Source: Eledone cirrhosa
Taxonomy: Eukaryota
NCBI GenBank assembly: GCA_964016885.1
Contig: OZ024741.1
Coordinates: 325,314,001 to 325,378,000, forward strand
DNA: 64,000 bases
Direction: 5' to 3'
Below the pieces are notes generated by a model, which did no database searches, was not told where the DNA came from, and saw only the letters and a list, made by a program, of their open reading frames with translations. Position numbers and translations under genes: made by a program. Numbering within the stretch: position 1 is the first letter of the stretch; every line of letters starts with the position of its first letter. Of the stretch, positions 9,791 through 22,849 are shown in pieces.

Positions 9791-12700
9791 GCAACACCAC
9801 ACACAAAAAAAAAATTTCTTTCGATGAAACTGAACAAAAAACAAGATTTTATAAATCTTGACATCTCCAATGCAAGAGATATGCTCCAGCAAGGGAGAAC
9901 ATTTGTAACTTTCGAAGGCAAGGGTGGGTTTAGAATTAACTCACCCCTCGAAATAAAAGAAGAGACAGTTCGAAGGACAGTGACCTTTAGGACTGTTTCC
10001 AACACAACGCGAAAGCCGATATTTGTTAGTCAAGCAGATATAGAAGCCACCTTCAAGGTGCAAATATTGACTTTCTCCAACGAGGAAAACAGTACGGAAG
10101 TGTTTCCGTACTGCTTAAAAGCGAGGCACTCGCCCCAAAACATTCTGTGACACCAATGGTGTCAAAAGCATTCACCCTTTTCCCTACGCACATGGGAAAA
10201 AGAACACAAAAAATAAAAATAAAAAATATACCACCAAATATTAACATCTGGTGGATGTTGGCTGGCTTCGTAGAGCCAGAGACTGATATGATTCTTTCGA
10301 TACGAAAGTCTATTAGACAAAGGTGGGCGGGTACTGATTTGGAGATTCTGATTCAAATGAGACCGGAGAGAATCTCCAAAATACCCGAAAAAGTCATCAT
10401 CGACGACAACAGCAAAATAAACATTACGGTGGAGGTTCGAAAACTTCATTGCTTTCGCTGTGGTAGCACAGCACACCTAAAGGCCTCCTGTCCTTCACAA
10501 ACACACCACAACATCATTATGAAAACACAATTACCAACACCAACACCAAAACAACCACCACCACAAGTACAACAACAGACAAAACGAGCAAACACACCAA
10601 AACAAACAGCCACTCAACCAACAACAACAGAAAAAAACACAGACAACACCCCTGAAGAACACAGCCCCACCCATCCCACACCATCAAACACTACCACAAA
10701 AACACACACCGAAACACCACCACCACACAACATACTCCTATCCCACACTCCTGACGATGATTATTCATCGACAGATGAGGCTGCTTCTCCTTCTTTAAGT
10801 GAAGAAGGAGAGCCTCGGAAATCTAAAAAAACAAAAAAAGAGACACCACAAAACCCCCAAAACTCCAATCACCAACACCAACACACAACCACAGACACAA
10901 ACAACATCACAGTCAAACATCCTCCTACCAGCAAAACCAACACCAACACCACCCCAAACAAAAGCACCCACCATAAAAAGAAAACTCCCGGGCGAATAAC
11001 AAACTAAAACAATACAACAAAAACACAAACAACAATACGCATACATCAACACAAACAACAAGAGTCTGATGGAGGTCATCTCCCAAAACCCCAAGGTGGA
11101 GACGGAGGGCAAAACTTTCGTCAAAACAGAATCGTCTCCACACCTAAAACTAAGGGTTTCGATAGAAACCTATCAGAAATTGAAAAACAGTTTTCGCAGG
11201 ATGTTGGCAACCCCTGTCAAAAACCTATTAACCGCGTCCTATTAAAATGTTTCCCCACTCCACCCAACACCCCCACCAGAACTGAAATGGAGATTGAACA
11301 ACCCGATCTCCAGGAAACGAAAAGGTAAGTGCACCTTTTAGTTCTTTTCGCCAACTCTTCTCCACCAACAGGGCCAACTTTTAAACGACCTTAGGTCACA
11401 CGGTATGTATGTGATAGGCAGCAACTAACCCCATCTTCGCATCTCTCTGTCAGCCAGGAGGTGGGGGTGGAGTGGCTGTCATGTTTCGGAAGAACCTGGA
11501 CGTCGAAGTACAGCAAGTACACTTGGGCCCGGAGGGTAGACTGGTAGTCCTAGACGTGAACAGTATTGGAGGTGGAGCCTTCAGACTGGTGGCAGTTTAT
11601 GCCCCGACCGGGCAATCGCAATCGCGGCCAGACTTCTTTAAGCGTCTAGAGTCTTTTCTGGGAACATCTCGCTCCTTACTTTTAGTGGGGGACTGGAATG
11701 GTATCCTAGATGCACGATGGGACTATGTGGGAGCATGTTCCAGTAGAGGGGGGGGGGTGCAACAGCCTCAACAATTTTATCGGCCAATTCCAACTGGCCG
11801 ATAGGTACCGACTGGATTTCCCGACTGCACCACAGTGGACGTGGGAAAACCGCAGCAGGACATCTAGATCGTATTTAGATAGGTTCTTCATTAGAGAAAG
11901 GGACAAGGAGATGTTAAGCTGTCCACGAATGCACATGGTTGCCTACTCAGATCACAAATTAGTCGTCTGCTTAGTCAAACGTGATAGAATACATAGACAG
12001 GGACCCGGATACTGGAAGCTGAACGTGTCGTTGCCGGCACGTAAAGCTTACAGTGAACTGATAAGTAGACTAGTCAAGAAACAGTTAACGGGAGCCATCG
12101 TCAACAATAGATGGTGGTACTCTCTCGAAAGCAATTAGAGTAGAATCGATAAAGTTTAGCAGAGAGTTAGCCTTAGAGAAAAACAAAGTAGAAAGAGAAC
12201 TAGTAGTCAAGGTAGAGGAGGCACTTAGAAGTGGCAACGCGGCTAGAGTGTGAGCGCCGAGAACGGCACTAGACCAGTTCTTCGACGCGAAACACGAAGG
12301 CTGCGTGGTCAGAAGCAAAACACGTGCGGAAATTGGAGCTGTTGAAGGGCTCCCTCTAGAACCAGGACTGCGCAAAGCGGCGTCGGCTTATGCCGACGAC
12401 GTCACGGTAATGATGTCGAGCACCTCGGAAATCGGGGTGATCGGCAACTTACTGAAAGAATACGAAACGCTGACGGGAGCAAAACTAAACCCGGACAAGT
12501 CTGTCGGTTTGCAACTCGGTACGTGGAGAGGCAAACCGATGATGTCCGACAGCGTCGTTGGACGCTGGACGGACGGACGGACCAGGTGAAGAAAAACTGG
12601 AACGAGGTCACGGCCAAGGTGTTTGCACTCACCCAGAAGTGGGCAGAGTGCAAACTGTCCTTGAAAGGTCGGCGGAGGTGGCGAACACTTTCATAGCGTC

Positions 12701-13967
12701 CGTCAACCTACTACCGCTTGACTGTCGTGCCTTGTCCCCGTGAACACCTCGCCAAGATGGAACACATGCTCTTCCAGTTTCTGTGGAAGAAGCAGGCTCC
12801 GCTGGTGAGGAAATCCGTCTGCTGCCAGCACCCTTCCAACGGAGGGCTGGGAATGCCGTGGCTGATGATGCGCAAACATGCGCTGAGGCTGCGGCATCTC
12901 CAGGTATTCCTCACCGACCCTCAACCGGTGTGGGCACCGTTTGTGAGACAGGATTTCCCACAGCTCGTCTCGTTGACGGAGATGCAGTCCTGGGTCAAGA
13001 AAAGACCGAAAACGATGGGCGCCTGGCACATTGAATGCGCTCAGGCGCTCACAGTCCTCTGGCAAGGGAGCGCAGCAATCAGTGGAGACTCCACTTCGAC
13101 ATTCTATAGAGGGATTGTACGTTACAAGGGCGACGACGTGCTCGGAGAGACTCTGGGCGTCGAAGACGATGAGCTCCAGTCTGTTTGGTAGGACTTTCCG
13201 CCCGGGACCTATGGACAACTTCCAGAGGTCCCTGGCCTGGCAGTGCTACCGAGGAGCTCTACCGGTACGTGACAAGATCTACAGACACGGACGCCCCGGC
13301 AGGGATCCTTCCAAGAGGACGTGTCCAAGATGCGCGCAGGACATTGAAACAGTCCTGCACGCAATTGTACACTGCTCGGGCGTAACCGACCTGTGGAACT
13401 ATGCCGAACAACTGCTGTCGCGTATAGGACAAATCCAGTTGACTGCCGAGTCCATAGTAAGGATCAAACCGCCAGCCTCTTTCAAAAACGAAAGAGAGGC
13501 GGTTTTCCTCTGTATGGTGGCTATGGTGAAAGAAGTTATATGGTGGACGAGATTGAGAGGACTGAGGACAGATTCCTTTCTCTCCTGACAACAATTGATT
13601 CCCTTCTTTAAGTATCACTTTAGAAGGAGAATCAGAGTGGAGAGAGAGGCACTGCACCCCAGTAAATTTACTGAAAGGTGGGTGAATGAAGCGAAAATGG
13701 CCCCAGTGATTGGGCCTTCTCTGTTTATAAGCCTGTAGGTTGAAGAAGGGAGCAAAAGGAAGAAAGGAGCACTTGCACAACACGCTCCTGGAGTTGAGGG
13801 TTGTTCTATCGACGGGGTATTAAACAACCCATTTGTGGCGCCTCCCTTGGGGATTTCAATTGTTGTATTTGTTTGTTTTTATATTTTTTACACAACTGTA
13901 TGTAAAATCCTCGGCGTGTCTTTGTATTGTCCCCTTTTCTTGTGCGTCCTTGTGGCTAATAAAGAAA
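9298..13967 (+). mobile_element. Tx1-type copy E4 (older, divergent subfamily), near full length, with internal deletions
   Basis: 5' UTR; broken ORF1 ~9430-11328 with CFRCGSTAHLKASC knuckle; broken ORF2 to TAG 13736-13738 lacking ~0.9 kb of RT at ~12327; AATAAAGAAA then short TATC tract 13968-13985. Confidence 0.92.
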
Positions 13968-14078
13968 TCGATCTATCTATCTATCAAAGCTATCCGAATA
14001 CATGCATGTATGTGCATATGCGTATATATATGCATGTATATACATACACACACATACATACATACATACATATATATA

Positions 14079-16283
14079 CAAGTAAAAATTCTCTCCAAAG
14101 GACTGAAATTCACACCAACACCACAATACTCTAACCCCAATGAGATAAATGACGATATCTCACACTTCTGTAGAAAATTACGTCTCACAGAGGAATTCTT
14201 TGACAAGGAGAATAACGACGAATCAATTGTACGGAATAAAAGCAGCTACAACCCAACAAAAGGTAGAAACAGAGTTCTGGACAAATTTTGTGACCACATA
14301 GCTACCTTCCCATACCATGAACTACCGCAACCTAAACCCAAACCCAACACGAGTCGAAGGGAATGGGAGATTATCCATGAACTAAAAAACAATACGGACA
14401 TTATAATTAAGGAAGTGGACAAGGGAAGTACTGTTGTCATTATGGAGGCTGAAAAATATAAAAATTCTATGTTCTCTCTCTTACAAAATACTAATTACTA
14501 TGAAAGAGTAAAAAACTACCAGCAATCAAAAATAATGACCAGATTAAACACACTGATTTATCGATACCAGGAAGACCTAACTAAAAAAGAACGCGATTAT
14601 TTAACAAATTTTGAATACAAAACCAGCAACCTTTACGGACTTCCAAAGATCCACAAGTGTAAAATAATCAACGATGCCTGTAAACAATCCACCTCAACCT
14701 GCGTGAACACACAATACCCCACAGACCTTAAATTAAGACCAATTGTAGCGGGCCCACAATGTGAAACACACAGACTGAGCAACTTTATAGACATACTACT
14801 GAAACCAATTCTGAAACACATACCAAGCCTTGTAAGAGACGATCTGGACCTCTTAAACCACCTCCCCAAACATGTCAACAGCGATACTATTATTGTGTCT
14901 TTCGATGTAGTGAATCTCTACACAACGATCCCACACCAATACGGACTAGAAGCAATAGGATTCTAGCTAGAGAAATATCCCAATGAGATACCTGACAGAC
15001 TAGAAAAAAGCTTCATCACCGAGGGATTAAAATTCATCTTACAGAACAACTTTTTTGATTTCGATGGCAATACTTACAAGCAAATATCGGGGACTGCGAT
15101 GGGTACAAAAGCCGCTCCAACTTATGCCAACTTAGTCATGGCATACTTAGAAGTCCAGATATATGAACAGTCCAAATCAAAATACGGATTGAACTTCTAC
15201 AAATATTTATCAGAGAATTGGAAACGCTACTTGGATGATTGCCTCATTCTTTGGTCCCACACACTCGACCAACTGAAGGATTTCAAAAACTTAATAAACG
15301 GCATCAATAACCACATCCAATTCACAATGGAATACAGCCAAGATCAACTCCCATTTCTGGACATCTTAATCTTAAAAAAAGACATAAATATCGAAACTGA
15401 CATACACTACAAACCAACAGATTCCAAACAATATCTGCTATTCACCTCCAACCATCCAAAGCACACGAAGACGAACATTCCTTTTAACCTAGCAAGAAGA
15501 ATTTGCACAATTGTCTCCAATTATGAAACGCGAAATAAAAGACTTCAAGAATTAAAGGAAATTCTACTCGAGAGAGAGTACCCACTATTACTAATAAATA
15601 ATGGAATAGAAAGGGCTAAAGCAATAGGCATTGATGAATTACGGAAACAGAAACAAATTCAAGGTACGTCCAATATTCTATCATATATCTCAACACACAA
15701 CCCAAGAAATGCGGAAGCTTACAACACTATTCACAAGAACATCCCACTACTAAAACAAAACCCAAGAATGAAAAAAGCCCTTGAAACACACAAAATAATC
15801 AAAAGCAAAAGACAACCAAAATCACTGAAAACATTACTCACCAATGCCAAATTACCTACCACAAACCCACAACCAAGTATCAAAAAATGTGGTCGCTCTA
15901 ATTGTGGAATCTGCACTCACCTCATTGAAGGCAAAACGTATACATTTAAATCAGGACAAAATTTTACTGTAAAAAATCACTTCACTTGCTCATCAAAAAA
16001 TCTAATTTATGCCATTAAATGTAACGGATACAATGAAGATTATATAGGACAAACTAAACTCACACTCAGAAACAGAATGACAGTTCATCGCCAACAATTA
16101 CGAGATCCAACCACGAGACAGATACCACTAAGTGCACATCTAGACATTTGCGCAAGTAATAAGACACCCAAATTCCAAGTCTTCCCATTTTACCTTTGCG
16201 TTAACAAAACAATAGAACAAATACGAATAAATAAGGAAAATATGTTTATTCAAAAATATAGACCATCATTAAATATGGTTTAA
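14079..16283 (+). mobile_element. Penelope-like element, Neptune-type (RT + GIY-YIG), nearly intact with one in-frame stop at 14964-14966
   Basis: LSKGLKFTP, LYGLPKIHK, LRPIVAG, SFDVVNLYTTIP, GTAMGTKAAPTYANL, KRYLDD, LPFLDILI, YKPTD, Cys-rich linker CGRSNCGIC, NLIYAIKC..YIGQT. Confidence 0.92.
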
Positions 16284-16470
16284 TATACATTATGTCAACA
16301 CCATAATATGACATACACACACACACACATAACACCTTCTACTTTAGAAAATAAAAACCCGAACTAAATAAACCTTAACATACGTTGCACTGACAATACA
16401 ACAGAACAAATACGAATAAGTAAGGAAAATTTGTTCATTCAAAAATATTCCTACTAAAGGAATGATTTTC

Positions 16471-16473
<3 letters not shown>

Positions 16474-16562
<89 letters not shown>
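16474..16562 (+). repeat. (CA)n microsatellite
   Basis: Pure CA repeat. Confidence 0.97.
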
Positions 16563-16565
<3 letters not shown>

Positions 16566-16848
16566 ATATATATATATATTCTCTTCATCTTAACATGCTA
16601 ACCATACTCCCACACACATAACACCCATACACACACATAACAACCCCCACACCCACAACCCCCTCCCCCATTTCTACTAATAGAACCACTTTCCTACACA
16701 CATATATACACACACACAAAATATATATTCTCTCCATCTTAACATACTCGCACACACACACATAACACCCATATACACACACACATAACACCCATATACA
16801 AACACACACAACTCCCTCCCCCATTTCTACTAATAGAATCATCTTCCA

Positions 16849-16849
<1 letters not shown>

Positions 16850-16884
<35 letters not shown>

Positions 16885-17710
16885 GCACACAAATAAACAT
16901 ATATATCTTTACTTCAATAGAAAATCTGAACTCTGACACCCCAGCGAACTAACCATATTCACTGAACAGAACAATTCTCCCAATCCCATTTCTCTTGACC
17001 ACTATCTTTCCTTTGTCATAACATTCTCTATAAATGCTACAGAATAGATTTCCAAATAAGGGCGCAAAAATGTAATGAAAACTTGTTCACGTGACAGCCA
17101 AATTTCATTTATAACCAATCAAATCACGTTTATTAAAAAAAGCCTTCTTGAGCCATCTTTTTTTAAGTAAAGAAATTCAAACACACACACACACAACACA
17201 CACACACGCACACACACAAAAGCACACAAATAAACATACATATCTTTACTGTCTTTATTCAATAGAAAATCTTAATTCTGACACCCCAGCGAACTAACCA
17301 TATTCACTGAAACAGAACAATTCTCCCATCCCTTTCTCTTGACCATTATCTTTCGCGGTGGATTGGCAGTATCGGTGGAGGGTTGGACGCCATGCTTTCT
17401 AGCATAGTTACGTCCCTTTACGATCTGAGTTCAAATCCCGCCGAGGTTGACTTTGCCTTTCATCCTTACGGGGTCGATAAAATAAAGTACCAGTAATGCA
17501 CTGGGTAATTGCTGGCCTTGTGCCTAAAGTAGAAACAATTATCTTTCACTTATCATAAAATTCTCTAAAAAGGCTACAGAATGGATTTCCAAATAAGGGC
17601 ACGAAAATTTAATGAAAACTTGTTCACCGGACAGCCATAATTTCATTTATAACCAACCAAAAAAAAAGCCGTCGTGAGCCTCCTTTTTTCAAGTAAAAAG
17701 AAATTCAAAC
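16850..17710. repeat. Two-copy tandem duplication (~330-bp unit); second copy interrupted by a SINE
   Basis: Blocks such as CTGACACCCCAGCGAACTAACCATATTCACTGA and GATTTCCAAATAAGGGC occur in both units. Confidence 0.85.
17355..17537 (+). mobile_element. tRNA-derived SINE with 10-bp target-site duplication
   Basis: Box A-like TGGCAGTATCGG, box B-like GAGTTCAAATCC; TSD ATTATCTTTC at 17345-17354 and 17538-17547; further copies in the window. Confidence 0.9.
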
Positions 17711-18071
17711 ACTCATATATGAAAAAACAACCTGTGACAACCCCCCTCTTATTTGAAGAACTATTGTAACGCGAACTGGCGCGAAATTTATTATAATTAT
17801 TGACAAACCAATCAAATTACTTCTCGAAAAACCTGGCATTTCGAGCCACTTTTTCCATATAAAACAAGTAACATTCAGAGACCAACCAGATGTGAGAAAA
17901 ACCACAGACCCTCCATCTCAACTCACTTTTTGAAAAGCAAATAAATATATATATTTAAAAAAAAAATAAGACTCCAGTTGCATTTTCGATTTCATCTCTT
18001 TTTCTTTATACATTCACTCATGTAGGACACCTCGGTTATTTTTCAATTTGTAAAAAAACCCTCACTTTCTA

Positions 18072-18161
<90 letters not shown>

Positions 18162-18250
18162 AGTTTATGTTGGTTGTATACCACACCTCAGTATGCAGTC
18201 TGGAGCACTCGACGAAGTGCGCAGGTTGGTTTGGTTACTCCGGAGTAGTG

Positions 18251-18535
18251 TAAAATAAAGTTAAATAAAAGTCAAATGATTAAAATTTAGCTTCGTTTAT
18301 TACTGCTATATATATTTCAGTGACAGCCATCTTTGGCTGTGACCTCTTCAGGCAGTTTGAATTAGTATGGTATAGACAAGTACATATGTTGTTGAGGTGT
18401 ATAATATTGTCAATAATATTGTCAATACTAATTCAAACTGCCTGAAAAGGTCACAGCCAAAGATGCCTGTCACTGAAATATATATAGCAGTAATAAACGA
18501 AGCTAAATTTTAATCATTTGACATTTATATAACTT

Positions 18536-18542
<7 letters not shown>
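18251..18542. repeat. Inverted repeat (~118-bp arms) made of two hammerhead-bearing PLE pseudo-LTR fragments
   Basis: 18251-18368 is the reverse complement of 18425-18542 with few mismatches. Confidence 0.9.
18302..18356 (-). ncRNA. Minimal type I hammerhead ribozyme motif
   Basis: ACTGC-CTGAAGA-stem II (ACAGCC/GGCTGT)-GAAA-TATATATA-GCAGT; stem I ACTGC/GCAGT. Confidence 0.8.
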
Positions 18543-18574
<32 letters not shown>

Positions 18575-18671
18575 TTTACATGTATATGTATATATTTGTA
18601 TACATGTATACATATATATATATATATATATATATGCATTTACATGTATATGTATATATTTGTATACATGT

Positions 18672-18732
<61 letters not shown>

Positions 18733-19014
18733 TTTACATGTATACGCATATATTTGTATACATGTATACATATTTATTTACATATCCACATACATACACA
18801 CACTTGCAGTCTCTCTCTCACACACACACACACATATGTATGTATAATTTAAAAGGGGATAATTATAAAAGCAGACACTTAGTATCGGAAACAGAGCAGT
18901 TTGCAGCCGTATTGTCATTCTTTCTTTTCACTAATAATAAATTAAATTATGGGTAGTTCCTATCGGCAACTTGACTGATAAATTTCAAGTGCTAAAGCAC
19001 ACACACACATACAC

Positions 19015-19118
<104 letters not shown>

Positions 19119-19442
19119 GTAGTTTTGTTCTATAAACATTTCGATATTTCGAGTGAGAATCATGTTTCAACAAAGGAATGCATTTGCCATGGACAAAGAA
19201 GCAGCTGTTTCGGACAGCAGGATGATGTCAGTTCTGTAGTAGCTAGAACAGCTTACAGCATATTAACTTACGTATATTAACTTTTAATAGAAATCATTTG
19301 CAGTTAGTCTTTTGACTATGCCTGTGTTCAATCTTCCACATGTATATTCATACATGCATACATACATACGAACGTACAAGAATATATACATATATATACA
19401 AACGTCTATGTATATATATATAGAAATATATATATATATAAT

Positions 19443-19626
19443 AATTGTTTCTACTTTAGGCACAAGGCCAGCAAATACCCAGTACATTACTGGTACTTTA
19501 TTTTATCGACCCCGTAAGGATGAAAGGCAAAGTTAACCTCGGCGGGATTTGAATTCTGTAAAGGGACGTAACTATGCTACAAAGCATGGCGTCCAACCCT
19601 CTACCGATACTGCCAATTCACCGCCC
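19443..19626 (-). mobile_element. tRNA-derived SINE (same family as 17355)
   Basis: Reverse-complement match over its whole length. Confidence 0.9.
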
Positions 19627-19825
19627 TTGTATATACCCTTATTATATATATATATATATAATATTGTTATTTTATTATAATAATTAACTCCGTACTAGCA
19701 CCAATAACCACACAAACGAAGACGGTTGAGCTGCTTTACGTTGAGTACTCTCCATATTATTACATCAAGATTGACCATACGGAATGACCAACTCTATCCA
19801 GTGGTGAACCTTCAAACCTAAATAA

Positions 19826-19930
<105 letters not shown>

Positions 19931-20072
19931 GTAAATATATATGTATATATATATTGATATATGCATAAAGGAATAAATTCGTACATCACCAGATATACAA
20001 TACATGTTTCTATGCATTATATGTATGCATCACATGACAATAAAAATTATTTTAAATAATTTCATAAATATA

Positions 20073-20116
<44 letters not shown>

Positions 20117-20370
20117 TTTATGAAATTATTAAAACATTTTTTTATTGTCATGTTGCAGAGCGATTGAGCTGGAAACTCCTTGCCTGGTTGTGAAGCGAAC
20201 TTTCTAAACCTCACAGCTATGCATGTCTCTCGTGTGAATGAAAGAGACAGAGAGCGATTGGGAAAGAGTGAGAGAGAGACGGAGAGAGAGAGAGAAGGGG
20301 AGAGAAAGGGAGAGAGAAAGGGGATGAGAGTGTGAGTAAATAGCACATTACCTGAACTGGAAGGGGTAAA

Positions 20371-20401
<31 letters not shown>

Positions 20402-20673
20402 GGTTCATAATCTCTGACGTAGACTTTTTGTTGTTTTTTCGCTGCAAATCCTCCCTGATTGAGCAGAACGATAATGAAAACTCACCTTTCATCATACTCG
20501 TTATTGTAAATTAGGGGCTACGATCTCTTATCCTGGCTTTGAGACAGATCCAGAGTAAATAGGATTACACACACACTATATATATTAATTAGCGTATGTG
20601 TTAGTTTATCATCGATACTTTAGCATGTCGGGTTTACTCCGGAGCATATTTATAAACATGAAGTACAATAATC

Positions 20674-20732
20674 GCTGTTATATATATTTCGATGATAACC
20701 GTTATGCAACAGTTATGACCTCATCAGACAGC
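20674..20732 (-). ncRNA. Minimal type I hammerhead ribozyme motif
   Basis: GCTGT-CTGATGA-G..ATAACTGTT GCAT AACGGTTAT..C-GAAA-TATATATA-ACAGC; intact core and stem I. Confidence 0.85.
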
Positions 20733-21157
20733 TAGAAGTTGAACAGAACCCCCCCTAATACCATAGAAAAACATTAAAAACAAATAAAGTTTACTTCGGT
20801 TGTTTCGATTCATTGATTTCTCGAAGCACTGGTAACATATGACTTAGAATATATAGCCTTACAGCATCAGTAAAAAGGGGTTATTAAAGGCCACTATCTC
20901 TTGGTCAGATTTAGCTTCACCACTCCATCATCAAGTCTATGGAATTCTTTTGTGGCACCATTGTTGAGATTTGGCTTCAACTTGTTCTGGAATCGGGTCT
21001 GACAGGTTTGGCTGTAGATATGTTGCTTTGTCAGTTCGAATTATTTTCAGTAGCAACAACAACCGATGATACTTTACTTTGCTAGGAGTGGTACTTGGCT
21101 CCAGTGACGATAGTAGTAGTAATAGTAGTGGCAGTAGTGATAATATAATAATAATAA

Positions 21158-21337
21158 TAATTGTTTCTACTTTAGGCACAAGGCCAGCAATTATCCAGTG
21201 CATTACTGATACTTTATTTTATCGACCCCGTAAGGATGAAAGGCAAAGTCAACCTCGGCGGGATTTGAACTCAGATCGTAAAGGGACGTAACTATGCTGG
21301 AAAGCATGGCGTCTGACCCTCTACCGATACTGCCAAT
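21158..21337 (-). mobile_element. tRNA-derived SINE (same family as 17355)
   Basis: Reverse-complement match; (ATT)n-type tail. Confidence 0.9.
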
Positions 21338-21344
21338 AATAATA

Positions 21345-21555
21345 ATGGTTTCTGATTTAGGCACAAGGCCAACAATCTTAGGAGAGGGGAACATCGATTA
21401 AATCGACCCCAGTGCGTGATTGATATTTTATTTTATCGACCCCATAATGATGAGAAGGTAAAGCTAACCTCGGCGGGATTTGAACTCAGAACGTATAGGG
21501 CCGTAACTCTATGCCACAAAGCATATTGTCCGACGCTCTACAGATACTGCCAAAT
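21345..21555 (-). mobile_element. tRNA-derived SINE, longer and more diverged variant, adjacent to the previous copy
   Basis: Shares CGGCGGGATTTGAACTCAGA and GGCACAAGGCCA, with an extra internal segment. Confidence 0.8.
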
Positions 21556-22049
21556 AATAAACAAATGCATTAAAGTTATAGTCCAAAATTTTGTATGTAT
21601 CATTTTAAGCCGTATTGGAATGTTAGGGAACATTACAAATATATATATACGTCTTTTATAAGAACGAAAATATGTGCATGTTAATCTATATTAAGAATGG
21701 CACTTGTAATTTACTTATCAAAGTTGATGTTGACATATATGAACGAAATAAAAGTAAAGTAAAAATAAAGTTGGAGATAGATGATCATTAAGTAAACAAG
21801 GAATATGTCACATCGCATGCGTAAAATAAATAGTACAGAAGTTGCAACAAAGGGCAGAGAAAAAAAAGGAACAGTACAAAAAAAAAAAGAAAAAGAAAAA
21901 AAAATCCTGTAGAACAACTCACATTTTTGTTCTTCATTTTTTTCCTCTCCAAGTTCTTCTCTGCCCGTTGTTTACTTCTGAACCAATAAGAAAAATCAGG
22001 ATTTATAAAAAGTTTAATCAAATACAAGTTCTAAGGACACGCTCAACAT

Positions 22050-22233
22050 AATTGTTTCTACTTTTGGCACAAGGCCAGCAATTATCCCAGTACATTACTG
22101 GTACTATATTTTATCGACCCCGTAAGGATGAAAGGCAAAGTTAACCTCGGCGGGATTTGAACTCAGACCGTAGAGGCACGTAACTATGCTGCAAAGCATG
22201 GCGTCCGACTCTCTACCGATACTGCCAATCCAC
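22050..22233 (-). mobile_element. tRNA-derived SINE (same family as 17355)
   Basis: Reverse-complement match. Confidence 0.9.
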
Positions 22234-22268
22234 CATACCACAAATCAATCACCATCACCACCACCACC

Positions 22269-22345
22269 TTCTTCTTCTTCTTCTTCTTCTTCTTCTTCTT
22301 CTTCTTCTTCTTCTTCTTCTTCTTCTTCTTCTTCTTCTTCTTCTT
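22269..22345 (+). repeat. (TCT)n microsatellite
   Basis: Tandem trinucleotide repeat. Confidence 0.97.
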
Positions 22346-22379
22346 CTTCTTCTTCTCCTTCTTCTGTTGGGAATCACGC

Positions 22380-22625
22380 GATTGAGTACAGATTCCAAAG
22401 ATGAAGGCCCACAATGTCCAGCGATTGATCATTTTATCACTAACCACCTTTGCAATGTAGCAGTGGAGACTTCCGGCGTTCTTGGTCCCAGGACTACATT
22501 CCTGCTCTCAGCTATGGGATGGATTTGGTTGCCCCCATTGCGAGATCTGCGATTGAGTGGCTGTTGCAACACGTTTCCCTCGCCATCCTTTGAGGCAATG
22601 TCTTCTCCATCCTGTCGACCGGGAC
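22380..22625 (+). pseudogene. Degenerate 3' fragment of a CRE-type (restriction-like endonuclease) non-LTR element
   Basis: VAVETSGVLGPRTTFLLSAMG then, after a frameshift, EWLLQHVSLAIL*GNVFSIL; resembles the AVET-G..QRLS-A--RGNA C-terminal motif of CRE elements. Confidence 0.6.
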
Positions 22626-22849
22626 CATTAGGTGGGCTTATCTTCAAGTTTCATTTATGGTGGTGGAATGTGGATTTGATTTAGTTCCATAAACATTCAT
22701 ACGTGAATAAATACATACTTGATAACACCACGATGTCAAATGTCGCTCATTTTTAAGAGAAGTTGCCACTGGTTATTAAGTCTTTTTTGAACAGTCAGAT
22801 GTCAGTTTTCCTGGAACGAAATCATGCAGTTATTAATAAGGAGAGAGGA

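Noticed and set aside
13833-14078. Hydrophobic N-terminus of the 377-aa ORF
   Set aside because: Translation of E4's 3' UTR and microsatellite; PLE homology begins near 14079.
17355-17445. tRNA gene
   Set aside because: Box A/B are present, but there is no convincing cloverleaf; the sequence has a SINE body, TSD and multiple diverged copies.
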